Part shown: positions 38,837 through 49,877 of the stretch, piece by piece
Numbering within the stretch: the first letter of the stretch is position 1
Layout of the letters: each line of letters opens with the position of its first letter
Assembly: GCA_963843575.1 (NCBI GenBank)
Contig: CAWJKZ010000021.1
Coordinates: forward strand, 288,001-352,000
DNA length: 64,000 bases
Direction: 5' to 3'
Source: an uncultured Acidobacteriota bacterium
GTDB lineage: Bacteria > Acidobacteriota > UBA6911
Made by a program: the position numbers and the translations under genes
The notes under the pieces: generated by a model
The model's database searches: none
What the model was told of the DNA's origin: nothing
The model's input: the letters and a program-made list of their open reading frames with translations, nothing else

Positions 38837-39545
38837 GTTGTCCCACCGTGCCGCCCGGGGCCGGCGTCGCCGCCGGGAGAACCTCGTCCATGATCTGCCC
38901 GTCGCGCAGCCGCACGATCCGGTCGGTGAGCCGGCTCAGCGCGGGATCGTGGGTCACAATCACCAGCGTCGTTCCCTGCTGCCGGTTCAGGCTGAGCAGC
39001 AGGTCCAGAACGACAGCTCCGGTCGCGCTGTCCAGGTTCCCCGTCGGCTCGTCCGCCAACAGGATCGACGGGTTGCCGGCGAAGGCACGCGCCAGGGCGA
39101 CCCGCTGCTGCTCGCCGCCAGAGAGCTGTGCGGGATAGTGCGAGCGCCTCTCCGCCAGGCCGACGGCGTCCAGCAGGGCGCCGGCGCGCTCCCTGGCCCC
39201 ACGGGCTTCGCCTCGCAACTCCATCGGCAGCATCACGTTCTCTTCGGCCGTGAGCGTCGGGATCAGGTTGTAGGATTGGAACACGAAGCCGATCTTGCGG
39301 CCCCGCAGCAGGGCCAGCTGGTCCTCGCTCATGGCCGAGATCTCCTCGCCGTCGAGCTTGATCGATCCACCCGTCGGTGCATCCAGGCCGGCGAGCAGGC
39401 CGAGCAGCGTGCTCTTGCCGCTGCCGGACGGTCCCTCGATGGCGACCACTTCCTTCGCGCGCACCGTTAGATCTATGCCCCGCAGGATCTGCACCTCGTG
39501 CGCACCCGAAACAAGAGTCTTGGAGAGATTCCTGACCTCGATCAT
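38826..39545 (-). CDS. ABC transporter ATP-binding protein (YbbA/LolD-like)
   Basis: GPSGSGKST, LSGGEQQRVALARA, ADEPTGNLD. Confidence 0.93.
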   Translation of the reverse strand: MIEVRNLSKTLVSGAHEVQILRGIDLTVRAKEVVAIEGPSGSGKSTLLGLLAGLDAPTGGSIKLDGEEISAMSEDQLALLRGRKIGFVFQSYNLIPTLTAEENVMLPMELRGEARGARERAGALLDAVGLAERRSHYPAQLSGGEQQRVALARAFAGNPSILLADEPTGNLDSATGAVVLDLLLSLNRQQGTTLVIVTHDPALSRLTDRIVRLRDGQIMDEVLPAATPAPGGTVGQHGV

Positions 39546-39604
39546 CCGATGTTCTCCAGGGTGAATCTGTAATAATAGCACCAGTCAATCGGGTCCTGGC
39601 TTCA

Positions 39605-40029
39605 GAGGCTGTCCAACGATCGCGCATTGGCCACATAAACTTCGTGCCCCAGCCCCTTCAGCAGTTCATCTGTCCAGGGCGAATGCGTCCCAACCTCGAG
39701 CGCCACCCGCGACCTCGGTATGAATCTGAAGTACGCCTCAAACTCCCCTGTCGTCGTCTCCAGTTGCCCCGCTGCCGCTATCTCGCCCCTGTCGTCCAGA
39801 ATGCAGTAATGCGTCTGCCGATCACCCAGGTCCAATCCGATGTAGTACCCAGCCCCCTCCTTCCCGTTCCCCGAGTCCCCCAGCTTCTGCAACAATCGTG
39901 CTACCGCCGGTCGCATCAACTTCAATGCCCTCTCGGACTGCTGCTTGCTGTCGTTCCTCTTAACGCTTCCCTTTGTTCCCTGAACCTTGATAGTCTTCTC
40001 ATCTCCACAATCAACCGTTGGACAGCCTC
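39605..40029 (-). mobile_element. Family C element enclosing a truncated IS110 transposase N-terminus
   Basis: Same GAGGCTGTCCAACG inverted ends. The interior encodes IGLDLG...VALEVG...HEVYVANAR (DEDD domain), cut off at the repeat. Confidence 0.8.
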
Positions 40030-40098
40030 TGAAGGCCGGACCCACTAGGTCTTGACCGGTCTGCAGTACTGTACCTAAAGTTGGAGCCGGGGGACGAC

Positions 40099-40821
40099 GT
40101 GCGGAAAAGAAGATGTGGGGCTGCGTGGTGGGCGGCGGCGGTGCTGGTCGCCGCGGCGTGGTGGGCGGCGGCGGGGTGCGGCACCGGCACGACGGAGCCG
40201 GCGGAGCAACCCCGGAAGGAAACGGCAGCCGGCGGGCAGGCCCGGCCGAAACCTGATGCGGACGATCGCCCGCTCATCGTCGCGCTGGGGGATAGCCTGA
40301 CCGCCGGCCTTGGGGTGGACCCGTCCGGCAGCTACCCCTCGAGGCTTCAGGCCAAACTGGACGCGGCAGGCTACCGGTATCGCGTGGTGAACGCCGGGGT
40401 CAGCGGCGACACCTCGGCTCAGGGAGTGAACCGGCTCGGGGCCGTGCGTGCGCTCAAGCCGAGGATCGTCGTCGTGGCACTGGGCGCCAACGACGGCCTG
40501 CGCGGCATCCCGGTGGCGAGCACGCGCCAGAACCTGGACGAGATTATCTCCACCCTTAAACAGGACGGCGCCAGTGTGCTGCTCGCCGGAATCGAGCTGC
40601 CGCCGAACTACGGGCCACAGTATACCGGCGCCTTCCGCCAGATGTATGCGGCGCTCGCCAGGCAGTACCGCGTCGCCTTTCTGCCGTTTCTGCTGGAGGG
40701 TGTGGGCGGCCACGCGGAGTTGAACCAGTCCGACGGCGTCCACCCGACCGCTCAAGGGTACGAGATCGTCGCCGAAAACGTCTGGAAGGTCCTCAGACCC
40801 ATGCTGGGCCGCCCGTCCTGA
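40099..40821 (+). CDS. tesA: GDSL arylesterase / acyl-CoA thioesterase I
   Basis: GDSLTAG, NAGVSGDT, LGANDGLRG, PPNYG and DGVHP motifs; divergent from the YbbA/YbbP-like pair. Confidence 0.9.
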   Translation: MRKRRCGAAWWAAAVLVAAAWWAAAGCGTGTTEPAEQPRKETAAGGQARPKPDADDRPLIVALGDSLTAGLGVDPSGSYPSRLQAKLDAAGYRYRVVNAGVSGDTSAQGVNRLGAVRALKPRIVVVALGANDGLRGIPVASTRQNLDEIISTLKQDGASVLLAGIELPPNYGPQYTGAFRQMYAALARQYRVAFLPFLLEGVGGHAELNQSDGVHPTAQGYEIVAENVWKVLRPMLGRPS

Positions 40822-40867
40822 ACGGGTTGGCTAACACCCCGCCGCTTTGCCTGCCGGCGCGGCGTGT

Positions 40868-41555
40868 TCAGCTCAGCTTCTTCGGGCTGACTTTGTTCAG
40901 TTCGTTCAGCAGGATCTGAACGTCTTTCGGCGGGTTCTCGGTCGGTTTGAGGAGAAGGTCGCGCGGCGCCGTCTCTTTGCCGTAAAGGACGAAGTTCGCG
41001 TCGTTGTCCGGACGAATCGCCTCCCCCTTGAGCGTGAGGCCGCCAAACAGGCCGCGGCTGCGCGAGTACGCCAGGATTTTCGCCGTCAGCCAGGCGTCGG
41101 TCTGCGCTGCCGCCGTCCGCCCGACGGGCCCTGCGGCCACCGACGCATCCCCGCCCAGGGTGAACTTGCTGTCCAGCAGGCTGTCGAGGCCCGTTGATGT
41201 TCATGACGACCAGGACGAGATCTACCGCCTGCGCACCGATCTGCAGTCCGAAACTCCCGCCGCCGAGCAGCAGCATGGACGGAGCGCTCCAGGGGCCCTC
41301 ACCAAGGTTGGTCCTGCACGTGATCAGGCCCTTGCCGTAGTTGCCGCCGATCATGAAACCGCCTTTTTTCATCGACGGGATCACGGCGACACAGATGCAC
41401 CTGTCCAGCAGGTCCTGCGGAATCCCGCTTTCGCGGATCCCCATGATCTCCCGCAGCACGACCGCCGACTTGACCACCCGGTCGCCCACCTCGCTGCCCA
41501 GCGCCGTCGAACACAACAGACTGCCTGCCACCGCCAGAAGCCACAGCCGCTTCAT
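40868..41555 (-). CDS. Lipid-binding SYLF/YSC84-domain protein; frameshift near 41190
   Basis: VIPS.KKGGF.IGG.YGKG, GGGSFGLQIG, then AAGPVGR and YSRSRGLFGG in the next frame. Confidence 0.85.
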
Positions 41556-41953
41556 AAACGCCCCTCCCCGAAACCGGTTCCGTCCAATTGTCCGTGAGAA
41601 TGTCAAGAGTACCACACTCATAGATGTCATAGCCCCCGGGTTGGTCTTAACATCTGCCCCAAAAATCGCTTCCAAGACCTGCGAGTTGTCCGGGTAGGAC
41701 AGGAATTTCCGGGCAGGGGATCATCGCGCGAGAGTTGAGAACATCGAGGCTTAGAGGTTGGCAACACCAAAGGCTCACCTTCAAGACTGGAAGAACTCAA
41801 AGAATCTCGAACAGATTAACGAAGCTGGATTTCATAATCGTAAATGTGCTAAAAATTCAGCCGCAGCGGCTTCGTTCGGGTGGCGGGGCTCTGCCGTGCT
41901 CGGGTAAGGCGTCTCTGCCTGTCTGCGGCTGTAAGTCTGGGGGAGGGTGTTGG

Positions 41954-42970
41954 ATGAGGACGATCAGCAAGGCCAAATCGTATCTGCGCGAATTCCGCTT
42001 CCTGGCCAGGGGGCTGCTGTCGACGGATCACCCTGTACTCGCGCACGTGATCCCGATGCGGCGCTGCAACCTCACCTGCGGCTACTGCAACGAGTACGAC
42101 CGGGTTTCCCCGCCGGTGCCGCTCGAGACCATGTACCGGCGTCTGGACAAGCTGGCTCGGCTCGGCACTGCAGCCGTGATCATTAGCGGCGGCGAGCCGC
42201 TGCTGCACCCGGAGCTGGACCGGATCATTGCGCGGGTCCGACACCACGGGATGCTGGCGGCCCTGATTTCGAACTGCTACCTCCTGACGCACGACCGCAT
42301 CCGGGACCTGAACCGTGCCGGGCTCGAGTACCTGCAGGTCAGCATCGACAACGTCACCCCGGACGAGGTGTCCAAAAAGAGCCTCAAGCTGCTCGACCAG
42401 AAACTCGGCTGGCTCTCGGAGCTCGCCGAGTTCAAGGTGAACGTGAACTCCGTCATCGGCGGCGGCATACGCACCCCCGAGGACGCGCTGACGATAGGGG
42501 CCCGGGCCGTGGAGCTGGGCTTCAGCGCGTCGCTCGGGATCATCCACGACCAGTCGGGCACCCTCAAGCCGCTGACAGGGGTGGAGCGCGAGATTTACAT
42601 CAAGATGAAGAAGTTCGGCAAGCGGGGCTACACGCGCCTCAACTACTTCCAGGATCGCCTGGTCGACGGCAAGCCGAACGGCTGGCGGTGCCGGGCAGGG
42701 GCGCGCTACCTATACGTCTGCGAGGACGGCCTCGTGCACTACTGCTCGCAGCAGAGGGGTTATCCGGGGATCCCGCTGGAGAAATACACCGTCGAGGACA
42801 TCCGGCGCGAGTATCGGACGAAAAAGGCGTGCGCCGACTACTGCACCATCGCGTGCGTGCACCAGGTGGCCACCTTCGATTTCTGGCGGGATCCGCAGAA
42901 TGTCGCCATCAAGGGCACCGTGCGCGAGGAGGCCGTGCACGCCATTCAAATGCTCTGCCAGATCGAGTAG
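41954..42970 (+). CDS. Radical SAM protein with a C-terminal Cys-rich (SPASM/twitch-like) domain
   Basis: [20 protein letters not shown]...DG.VHYC and C..CT..C motifs. Confidence 0.9.
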   Translation: MRTISKAKSYLREFRFLARGLLSTDHPVLAHVIPMRRCNLTCGYCNEYDRVSPPVPLETMYRRLDKLARLGTAAVIISGGEPLLHPELDRIIARVRHHGMLAALISNCYLLTHDRIRDLNRAGLEYLQVSIDNVTPDEVSKKSLKLLDQKLGWLSELAEFKVNVNSVIGGGIRTPEDALTIGARAVELGFSASLGIIHDQSGTLKPLTGVEREIYIKMKKFGKRGYTRLNYFQDRLVDGKPNGWRCRAGARYLYVCEDGLVHYCSQQRGYPGIPLEKYTVEDIRREYRTKKACADYCTIACVHQVATFDFWRDPQNVAIKGTVREEAVHAIQMLCQIE

Positions 42971-43064
42971 GGAAGTCGGAGGGCGATTGATCTTCGGGGT
43001 TCTTCGATGCCTTTACAGCCTTCGAGGGGAAGAATCCCGGGCCCGTCGCCCGTTCGCGCGCAGC

Positions 43065-43928
43065 TCACCGGCGCGGGGCGTTGTTGCGGATGGTGACCAG
43101 GACCGACTCGAGTGATTCTTTCGGGGTGGAGCGGATGTAGCCGCTGACCCCGGGGATGAACTTCACCAGGGTGGGGATGTCGCGGCTGAGGCTGGCCGAC
43201 TCGCATTCGACGATCACGCCTTCGGCTGTCTGCTCGAACCTCCACCAGCTCACGAGCCGCCACAGGAAACCCCGGTCGTTGCCGGGGGGCCTCTCGCGTT
43301 CCTGGGGCGTTCCGGCTTTCTCCACCTCGGCGATCCGGGTCGCGACGCTGCGGCTCGATACCCTGGAGGGGCTGTGCCGCGTGTAGAGACACTCCTGCTC
43401 GCTGTTGTAGTAGGCGGTGACGAGCGCCTTTGTCCGCCTCAGCCTGAAGAAGAACTTGAAGGCGTCGCCCTGCCGGGACAGGAGCTTCGACTTCTCGACG
43501 TCGGAGAATTTCCCCGCGTGGTGCTCGTAGTCCTGGAGGAACACAAGAAGTTCGGGCAACTTCGCGTTCGGGATCAGGATCGCGCCCCACCAGTGGTGTA
43601 TTTCGCCGTCTGGCACTTCGAATTTCTGTCCGGCGGGCACGACGGACGGTGCGGGCATGCGTCGCACGACGACGCCGCCCTTGGCGAGTTCCCGGCGAAG
43701 CTCGTCTTTCTCTTTCGGGGCGAGGAAGTCCTCGATGAGAAAGCGGCCGGGGTCTGCCAGTTCGCGTTCGACCTTCTTGTCCGCCCAGCCGTAATAGCGG
43801 TTCCAAGCCTGCTCGGTGGCGGGTGTGAGTACGGCGGCGAGGGCGTCGTATTGGGAAGCCGGCACGGCGACCGCGAGCGACAGGAAGAGGCACAGGGTCA
43901 GCGCGTGGTGTCGGTGTGGTCGCGTCAT
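43065..43928 (-). CDS. Exported hypothetical protein
   Basis: Signal peptide; 287-aa ORF coupled to the upstream gene by a 4-bp overlap. Confidence 0.7.
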   Translation of the reverse strand: MTRPHRHHALTLCLFLSLAVAVPASQYDALAAVLTPATEQAWNRYYGWADKKVERELADPGRFLIEDFLAPKEKDELRRELAKGGVVVRRMPAPSVVPAGQKFEVPDGEIHHWWGAILIPNAKLPELLVFLQDYEHHAGKFSDVEKSKLLSRQGDAFKFFFRLRRTKALVTAYYNSEQECLYTRHSPSRVSSRSVATRIAEVEKAGTPQERERPPGNDRGFLWRLVSWWRFEQTAEGVIVECESASLSRDIPTLVKFIPGVSGYIRSTPKESLESVLVTIRNNAPRR

Positions 43929-44413
43929 TCTTCGGGCCGCTTGCGGGCTTTCCCGGCGCGTTCCCTGCGCTCGCAGAAATCCTTCAATTCAAGCAGGACG
44001 GTGTTCCATCCCTCGTCGAGGATGGAGCGCACCTCGGCATCGGCCGTGGCGGACCGGTCCTCGTCCCGCATGATCACCTCGGTGTCGCGCTGCCGGGTCG
44101 TCCGGATGGCATAGGTGATCCTGTGGTGGGCGTTGTCGGGATCCGGGCCGCAGCCGTCGTCGACCCAGAGCAGCTCAACGGCGAGGTTCGGCTCGATGCG
44201 GGTGTAGACGGCCCGGCCGCGCTGGCCGGTTTTCCCCTGCCTCCAGTAGGCCGACAGCTCCCCGCCGACGCGCGGGTCGGAACTGGCGCGGTCGCAGAAC
44301 CACCGGACGAGGTCGTGCGCGTCGGTCAGCGCCTGGTACACGATCGCCGGCTTAGCCTTGATGAGCACGTGCTTCTCGATCCTGCTGTGAGCGGGCTGGG
44401 ATTCCGGGGTCAT
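43925..44413 (-). CDS. SRPBCC/AHSA1-domain protein
   Basis: I.A.P..VYQALTD...L.RWF, DPRVGG and GW...L.ELK motifs. Confidence 0.82.
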   Translation of the reverse strand: MTPESQPAHSRIEKHVLIKAKPAIVYQALTDAHDLVRWFCDRASSDPRVGGELSAYWRQGKTGQRGRAVYTRIEPNLAVELLWVDDGCGPDPDNAHHRITYAIRTTRQRDTEVIMRDEDRSATADAEVRSILDEGWNTVLLELKDFCERRERAGKARKRPEE

Positions 44414-44451
44414 CAGGGTCTAACGATACCACAGATACAGGCTTTTTCGCC

Positions 44452-46233
44452 TCAGCGCAGGTCCGGCATCAGTTTACGGATAAGCGCAGCCTGGGGCGAT
44501 TCGGGGTCGAGGCGGAGCGACTCTCGGAAGTGCTCCACGGCTGCGTTCCGGTTCCCGCCCTGCAGGTGGTAGCGGGCCAGTTGGTAGTGGGCGCGGCTGC
44601 TGTTGGGGTCCAGCTCCAGCACGCGCCAGATGCATTCCAGGAAGCGGACCTGCTCGCCGGATTCCTGGTAGACGGTCGCCAGGTTCAGGAGCAGGGCGGC
44701 GTTGTCCTGGGGAAAGAGGCGCCGGGCGGTTTCTCCGGCCTCGATGGCTTCCGGGTACCGGCGCAGATTCATGAGCGGCACCATGAGGTTGGCCGCGGCA
44801 GCGCCGTAATCGGGTCGGATCTCGAGCGCCCGCCTGTACTCCCGGATGGCCCCCTCGGAATCTCCCGCCCGCACCAGGGCGTCCCCGAACCAGAGCCGCA
44901 CCTTCACGTTTTCGGGGGCCGACGCCGCGGCGGAACCGAAGAGGGACAAGTCGCTCTTCCAATCCGGCAGGTGGACGGAAGTCAAGGCCGAGAGGACCAC
45001 CGCCGGGAAGAGCACGGCGGCAAATGCCCCTTTCGTTAACGGATCGGCTCGTTCGCCGGTCCCCGGCGGGAAGCGGGCGCAGACCCGCCCGGCGAGGGCT
45101 GCGATGCCCAGGCAGAATGCGACCGAAGGGAAGTAAAGCGTCCTTTCCGCGAAGATGGTCCCGATCGGGAAGAGCACGTTCGCCGTGGGCGCCACCGCCG
45201 TTATGTACCACGCCGACGCAAACGCCAGCTGGCGCGCCGTCCGGCCGCGCACGAACCACAGCAGGACGGCACCGGCCGTCAACGCGACGGCGGTGAGAAA
45301 CAGCGGGTCGTGCCAGGAGACCCTCAGAGGCAGCGTGTGGTAGGAGTAGTCCGGGAGTAGCCGGTAGGGCGCCAGCTGCAGGAGCACGGCGTAGGCCTGG
45401 TTGGCGGCCGCGCTCACGATGCGCACGAACGTGGTCTGGTGGGCCAGCGGGTTCTCGACGAACAGCGGTCTGGAGACGAACGAGTGGTCTGCGCCCCCGA
45501 GGACGGCGACCCGCAACGCGAGCGACCCTGCCCCGGATGCTGCCAGCGCCCACAGCCGGGCGTCCCACGCAAGCCTCCAGATCCTCGCGGCCGGGCCATC
45601 GGCCGTCGGGCGGGCCCACTCCCACACCAGCAGTATCGCGGGGAGCACAATGACGTGTTCCTTTGAGGAGACCGCAAGGGCGAACAGGATCATGAGCTGG
45701 GGTATGTTCCGGGAGGGGGAAAGCCCGTCCGAGTGCCGCATCCAGACCAGCATGACCGCCAGGGCGAAGCCGCAGGACAGCAATTCGGCGCGCCCGACCA
45801 CGCCGGCGACCGGCTCAATGTGGATGGGGTGGGCAGCGAACAGCAGTCCCGCCAGCGCGGCGGTCCAGCGCGACCGCAACACGTGCAGCGCAACCCTGTA
45901 AACGAGAAGCGACACGGCCGCGTGCAGGATCACGTTGACCAGGTGGAACCCGGCGGGGCCACCCCCGTGCACGAGCCGCTCCAGGGCGAACGACAGCACG
46001 GTGACGGGGCGATACATGCCGTGGGTGGCCCCAGGCCAGTAGGAGGAGGCCAGCAGGCTCTTCCACCCCGCCCACGTCTGAACCGCAGGGTTGCGCGCCA
46101 CGATCACCCAGTCGTCGAACGTGAACTCGAACCAGACCGACCGCAAGTACACCAGGATCGAGAGCAGGAGGATGCTCCAGAGGACGAGCCCTTCCGGGCG
46201 GGGCGGGGCGGCACTCTGGGTCCGGCGACGCAT
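44452..46233 (-). CDS. TMTC-like GT-C protein glycosyltransferase with C-terminal TPRs
   Basis: FTFDD, YRP, H.VN..LH, FAAHPIH.E.V....GRAE, SKE and AER.LY.PS motifs, followed by TPR repeats. Confidence 0.85.
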   Translation of the reverse strand: MRRRTQSAAPPRPEGLVLWSILLLSILVYLRSVWFEFTFDDWVIVARNPAVQTWAGWKSLLASSYWPGATHGMYRPVTVLSFALERLVHGGGPAGFHLVNVILHAAVSLLVYRVALHVLRSRWTAALAGLLFAAHPIHIEPVAGVVGRAELLSCGFALAVMLVWMRHSDGLSPSRNIPQLMILFALAVSSKEHVIVLPAILLVWEWARPTADGPAARIWRLAWDARLWALAASGAGSLALRVAVLGGADHSFVSRPLFVENPLAHQTTFVRIVSAAANQAYAVLLQLAPYRLLPDYSYHTLPLRVSWHDPLFLTAVALTAGAVLLWFVRGRTARQLAFASAWYITAVAPTANVLFPIGTIFAERTLYFPSVAFCLGIAALAGRVCARFPPGTGERADPLTKGAFAAVLFPAVVLSALTSVHLPDWKSDLSLFGSAAASAPENVKVRLWFGDALVRAGDSEGAIREYRRALEIRPDYGAAAANLMVPLMNLRRYPEAIEAGETARRLFPQDNAALLLNLATVYQESGEQVRFLECIWRVLELDPNSSRAHYQLARYHLQGGNRNAAVEHFRESLRLDPESPQAALIRKLMPDLR

Positions 46234-46268
46234 CGGTCTTTCCTTTCCGTCGGTGCCGCGCAGCATAG

Positions 46269-46390
46269 CGGAAGCCGGAAGCCGGAAGCAAGAAAGACGG
46301 AAGCCAAACTTCGGAAGGCGGAAGGCGACGCTTCCACGACAGGGCAATCCGGTGAGGACCTGACCGCCTCGGCTTCCGGCTTCCTGCTTC
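46269..46390. repeat. Heptamer tandem repeats (CGGAAGC) with an inverted counterpart
   Basis: CGGAAGCCGGAAGCCGGAAGC ... GCTTCCGGCTTCCTGCTTC. Confidence 0.7.
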
Positions 46391-46456
46391 AGTATTCTTG
46401 CTTTATCCGTTTTCTAATGCCATTCTGGCCATGCTCTGCAAACTCTAACGAGGCTG

Positions 46457-49220
46457 ATGATGCGCGGACGAATTCCGATCTTGGTGTTTCTGCTGGCGCT
46501 GTTCCTGCTGGTCGGTGGCCTGACATTTGCCGTCGATCTGTACTTCGACTGGCTCTGGTTTGTGGAGCTGGGGAAGAGCGTGATATTTACGACGACGCTC
46601 TATGCGAAGAGCTTGGTCGGCGCGTGCGCGCTGGCCGTCACGTTCGCTTTCCTTTATCTGAACCTCTGGCACGCCAACCGTGGGCCCGGCCTGATCCAGA
46701 TCGGGATACCGACGCCGGCCGGGCAGATCACTGCCTACACGCTTCCGCCCGAGACGATCCGGAAGGGGGCGGGGCTGCTGTCGCTGGTGGTGGCCCTGTT
46801 CATGGCGGTGAGGGAGGCCGAAAGCTGGGAGCTCTTCTGGCGCTGGTTGCACCGCGTGCCGTTCGGAAACGCCGACCCGGTGTTTGGCCGCGACCTCTCG
46901 TTCTATTTCTTCACGCTGCCTGTGCTGGCCGAGTTCGTCCGTTTCGGCATGCTCCTGGTGTTCCTGGCGGGGGTCGGTGCCCTCGTCTTGTACCACTTCA
47001 AGGGGATCCTGGCGTCGGGCGGCATCCGGAGTTTCGGCCGGCGCGGGCGGGTGGCGGTGCATGTCTCGGTGCTGGCGGCGCTGTTTTTCCTGCTGCTTGC
47101 CTTTGACGCCTACCTGGACCGCTTCCAGATCCTCTATGCCAACCACGGGCCCATGTTCGGCGCGACCTATGCGGACCTGCACGCGCGGCTCCCGATGCTG
47201 TCGGTCCTGGCGTTGGCCGCGCTGGCGGGTGCGGCGCTCTGGGTCTACAACGCCCTCAGCCCGAACAACCGTGGTGCGATCGCGGCCGTGGTCCTCTACG
47301 TGCTGGTCCTGGTGGCCGGCAACGTTTATCCCTCGCTGCTCCAGAAATTCATCGTTTCGCCCAACGAGCTGAGCAGGGAGGGGCCGCAGATCCAGCACAA
47401 CATCCGGGCAACGCTGCAGGCCTACGGGCTCGACAAGATCGAAGAGCGGGACTTGTCGGGCGACAAGGCGCTTTCCCCTCAGGATATCCAGGCCAACGCC
47501 GCCACCATCCGGAGCATACGTTTGTGGGATCACGAACCGCTGCTGGACGCCTTCAGCCAGATCCAGGAAATTCGGCTCTATTACGATTTCGCTTCCGTCG
47601 ACAACGACAGGTACGTCGTCGATGGCGAACCGCAGCAGATGATGCTTTCCGCGCGTGAGCTCAATTCGACGAGCCTGCCCGAGCGCAACTGGATCAACGA
47701 GCACCTCAGTTACACCCACGGCTACGGGCTGACCCTCGGCCCCGTCAACCGCGTCACTACCGAAGGGCTCCCGGTCCTCCTGGTGCAGGACATCCCCCCG
47801 AAAGCGCAGCTCCCGCAGCTGACGGTCAACCGGCCGGAGATCTACTACGGCGAGCTGACCCGCGGGTATGCCGTCGTGGACACGGGGCAGAAAGAGTTCG
47901 ACTACCCGGCCGGGGACGAGAACGTCTACACTTCCTACCAGGGCAAGGGCGGAGTCGCCGTCAACTCCCTGGCGCGCAGGCTGCTGTTTGCCGTCTACTT
48001 CAAAGATCCGAACATCCTGCTGTCGCCGCTGCTGAAGCCGACGAGCCGGTTTCTCTTCTTCCGCGACCTCAAGACGAGGCTGGGCCGCGTGGCCCCGTTC
48101 CTCATGCTGGACCAGGACCCCTACCTGGTCATCTCCGAAGGTAAGCTGTACTGGGTCCAGGACGCCTACACGCAGTCGGACCGGTACCCGTACTCGACGC
48201 CGACGCCCGGCATAGGAAATTACATCCGTAACTCGGTGAAAATCGTCCTGGACGCCTACGAGGGGAGCGTCGACCTGTACGTCGCCGACCCGAACGACCC
48301 GCTCCTCAAGGTCTACCAGGGGATCTTCCCCGGCGTGTTCCGGCCGATGGCGGAGATCCCCCCGGACTTGCGCGCGCACCTGCGTTACCCGGAAGACATC
48401 TTCCGGGTCCAGACCTACATATACTCCGTGTACCACATGTCGAGCTCGCAGGTGTTCTACAACAAGGAGGATCTCTGGGAAATCCCGGTGATCGGTTCGG
48501 GCGGCTCCGAAAAGGCGATGTCCCCGTACTACACGATCATGCGGCTGCCGCGGGAGAATGCCGAGGAGTTCATCCTGATGCTGCCGTTTACGCCGGGACG
48601 CAAGGACAACCTGTCGGCGTGGATGGTCGCGCGCAGCGACGGGGACAAGTACGGCCAGCTTGTGGTCTACAGGTTCCCCAAGCAGAAGCTGGTCTACGGG
48701 CCGAAGCAGATCGTGGCGCGCATCAACCAGGACGCGGAAATCTCGCGGCAGGTCTCGCTCTGGGACCAGCGCGGTTCGCAGGTGATACAGGGCACGCTGC
48801 TGGTCATCCCGATCGAGGAGGCGCTCCTGTATGTCCGGCCCCTGTACCTGCGCTCCGAGAGCGGCAAGATCCCGGAACTGAAGCGGGTGATCGTGGCCTA
48901 CGAAAACAAGATCGCGATGGAGGAAACGCTCGAACGCGCAATCGGGCGGATATTCAACGCCGGGACGGGCGGTGCCACGCCCGGGTCGGAAACCGCTGCA
49001 GCCGGCGGTGACGACGGCTCCGGGGGCGGCGCCTTCCCAGCCGGCTGCGGGTGCCGCCGGACTGGCGCGCCAGGCCGGCGAGGCCTACGACCGGGCGGTG
49101 CAGGCGCAGCGCCAGGGAGACTGGGCGCGGTATGGCGAGGAACTCCGCAACCTCGGCGCCATCCTCGAAGAGTTGCAGCGCAGCGGCGCGCAGCCGAAGC
49201 CGGAAAAACCAAACAGGTAA
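46457..49220 (+). CDS. UPF0182-family membrane protein; frameshift near 49000-49040
   Basis: DPVFGRDLSFYFF.LP, IRLWD, YTHGYG, NYIRNSVK; the canonical GDWARYGEEL tail is in the 48972-49220 frame. Confidence 0.9.
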
Positions 49221-49231
49221 AGAGGAAGCTC

Positions 49232-49739
49232 ATGGCGGGCTCGCAGTCCTTCGACATCACTTCAGGGTGTGACCTCCAGGAGGTCGACAACGCCGTCAAC
49301 CAGGCGCGCAAGGAGTTCATCCAGCGGTACGACTTCAAGGGCGCCAAGGTCTCGATCGACTATGACCGCACGGGCAAGAAGATCGTGCTGCACGGTCCGG
49401 ACGAGTTCAAACTCAAGGCCATGTGGGAGGTGCTCCAGGAAAAGCTGGTCCGCCGGAAGGTCCCGGTGCGGAACCTGAAGCTCGGCAAGGTTCTGCCGGC
49501 CGCCTCCGGCAACGTCTCGCAGGAAGTCACTCTGCAGCAGGGCATCCCGATCGATGACGGCGCGGGCGATCGTGAAGTTCATCAAGGAGCGCAAAGTCCG
49601 GCGCGTGCAGGCCGAGATCCAGGCCGACCAGGTGCGCGTCTCCTCCCCATCGCGGGACGACCTGCAGACGGTCATGCGGCAGCTGCGGGAGCAGGACTTC
49701 GGTCTCGAGCTGAATTTCGGGAACTACCGCACCCTCTGA
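49232..49739 (+). CDS. yajQ: YajQ-family nucleotide-binding protein; frameshift near 49553
   Basis: SFDITS..DLQEVDNAVNQA..E...RYDFKG, then VQAEIQ.DQVRVS..SRDDLQ...F.NYR in the next frame. Confidence 0.9.
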
Positions 49740-49746
49740 ACTGGGT

Positions 49747-49843
49747 CGGGGCTTCAGCCCGGACGCCGTTAAACCCGTCCCAGTCGTTCCGCGCGTGACC
49801 GCCCAAGCCACCGCAAAGAGCGTCCGGGCTGAAGCCCGGACGC
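49747..49843. repeat. REP-like inverted pair
   Basis: GGGCTTCAGCCCGGACGC ... GCGTCCGGGCTGAAGCCC between convergent genes. Confidence 0.7.
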
Positions 49844-49877
49844 GGAGCGTGTCGGGTGGACCCACGACGCCGCAGAC

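Noticed and set aside
36092-40029. Composite transposon carrying the ABC pair (outer 24-bp inverted repeats, TGAA flanks)
   Set aside because: The ABC pair keeps its conserved divergent linkage to tesA outside the repeats, so two independent insertions are more parsimonious.
46457-49798. Apparent 1113-aa UPF0182-YajQ fusion in the ORF track
   Set aside because: The true UPF0182 tail (GDWARYGEEL) is in another frame and stops at 49220, and yajQ has its own RBS and ATG at 49232. The fusion results from one frameshift.
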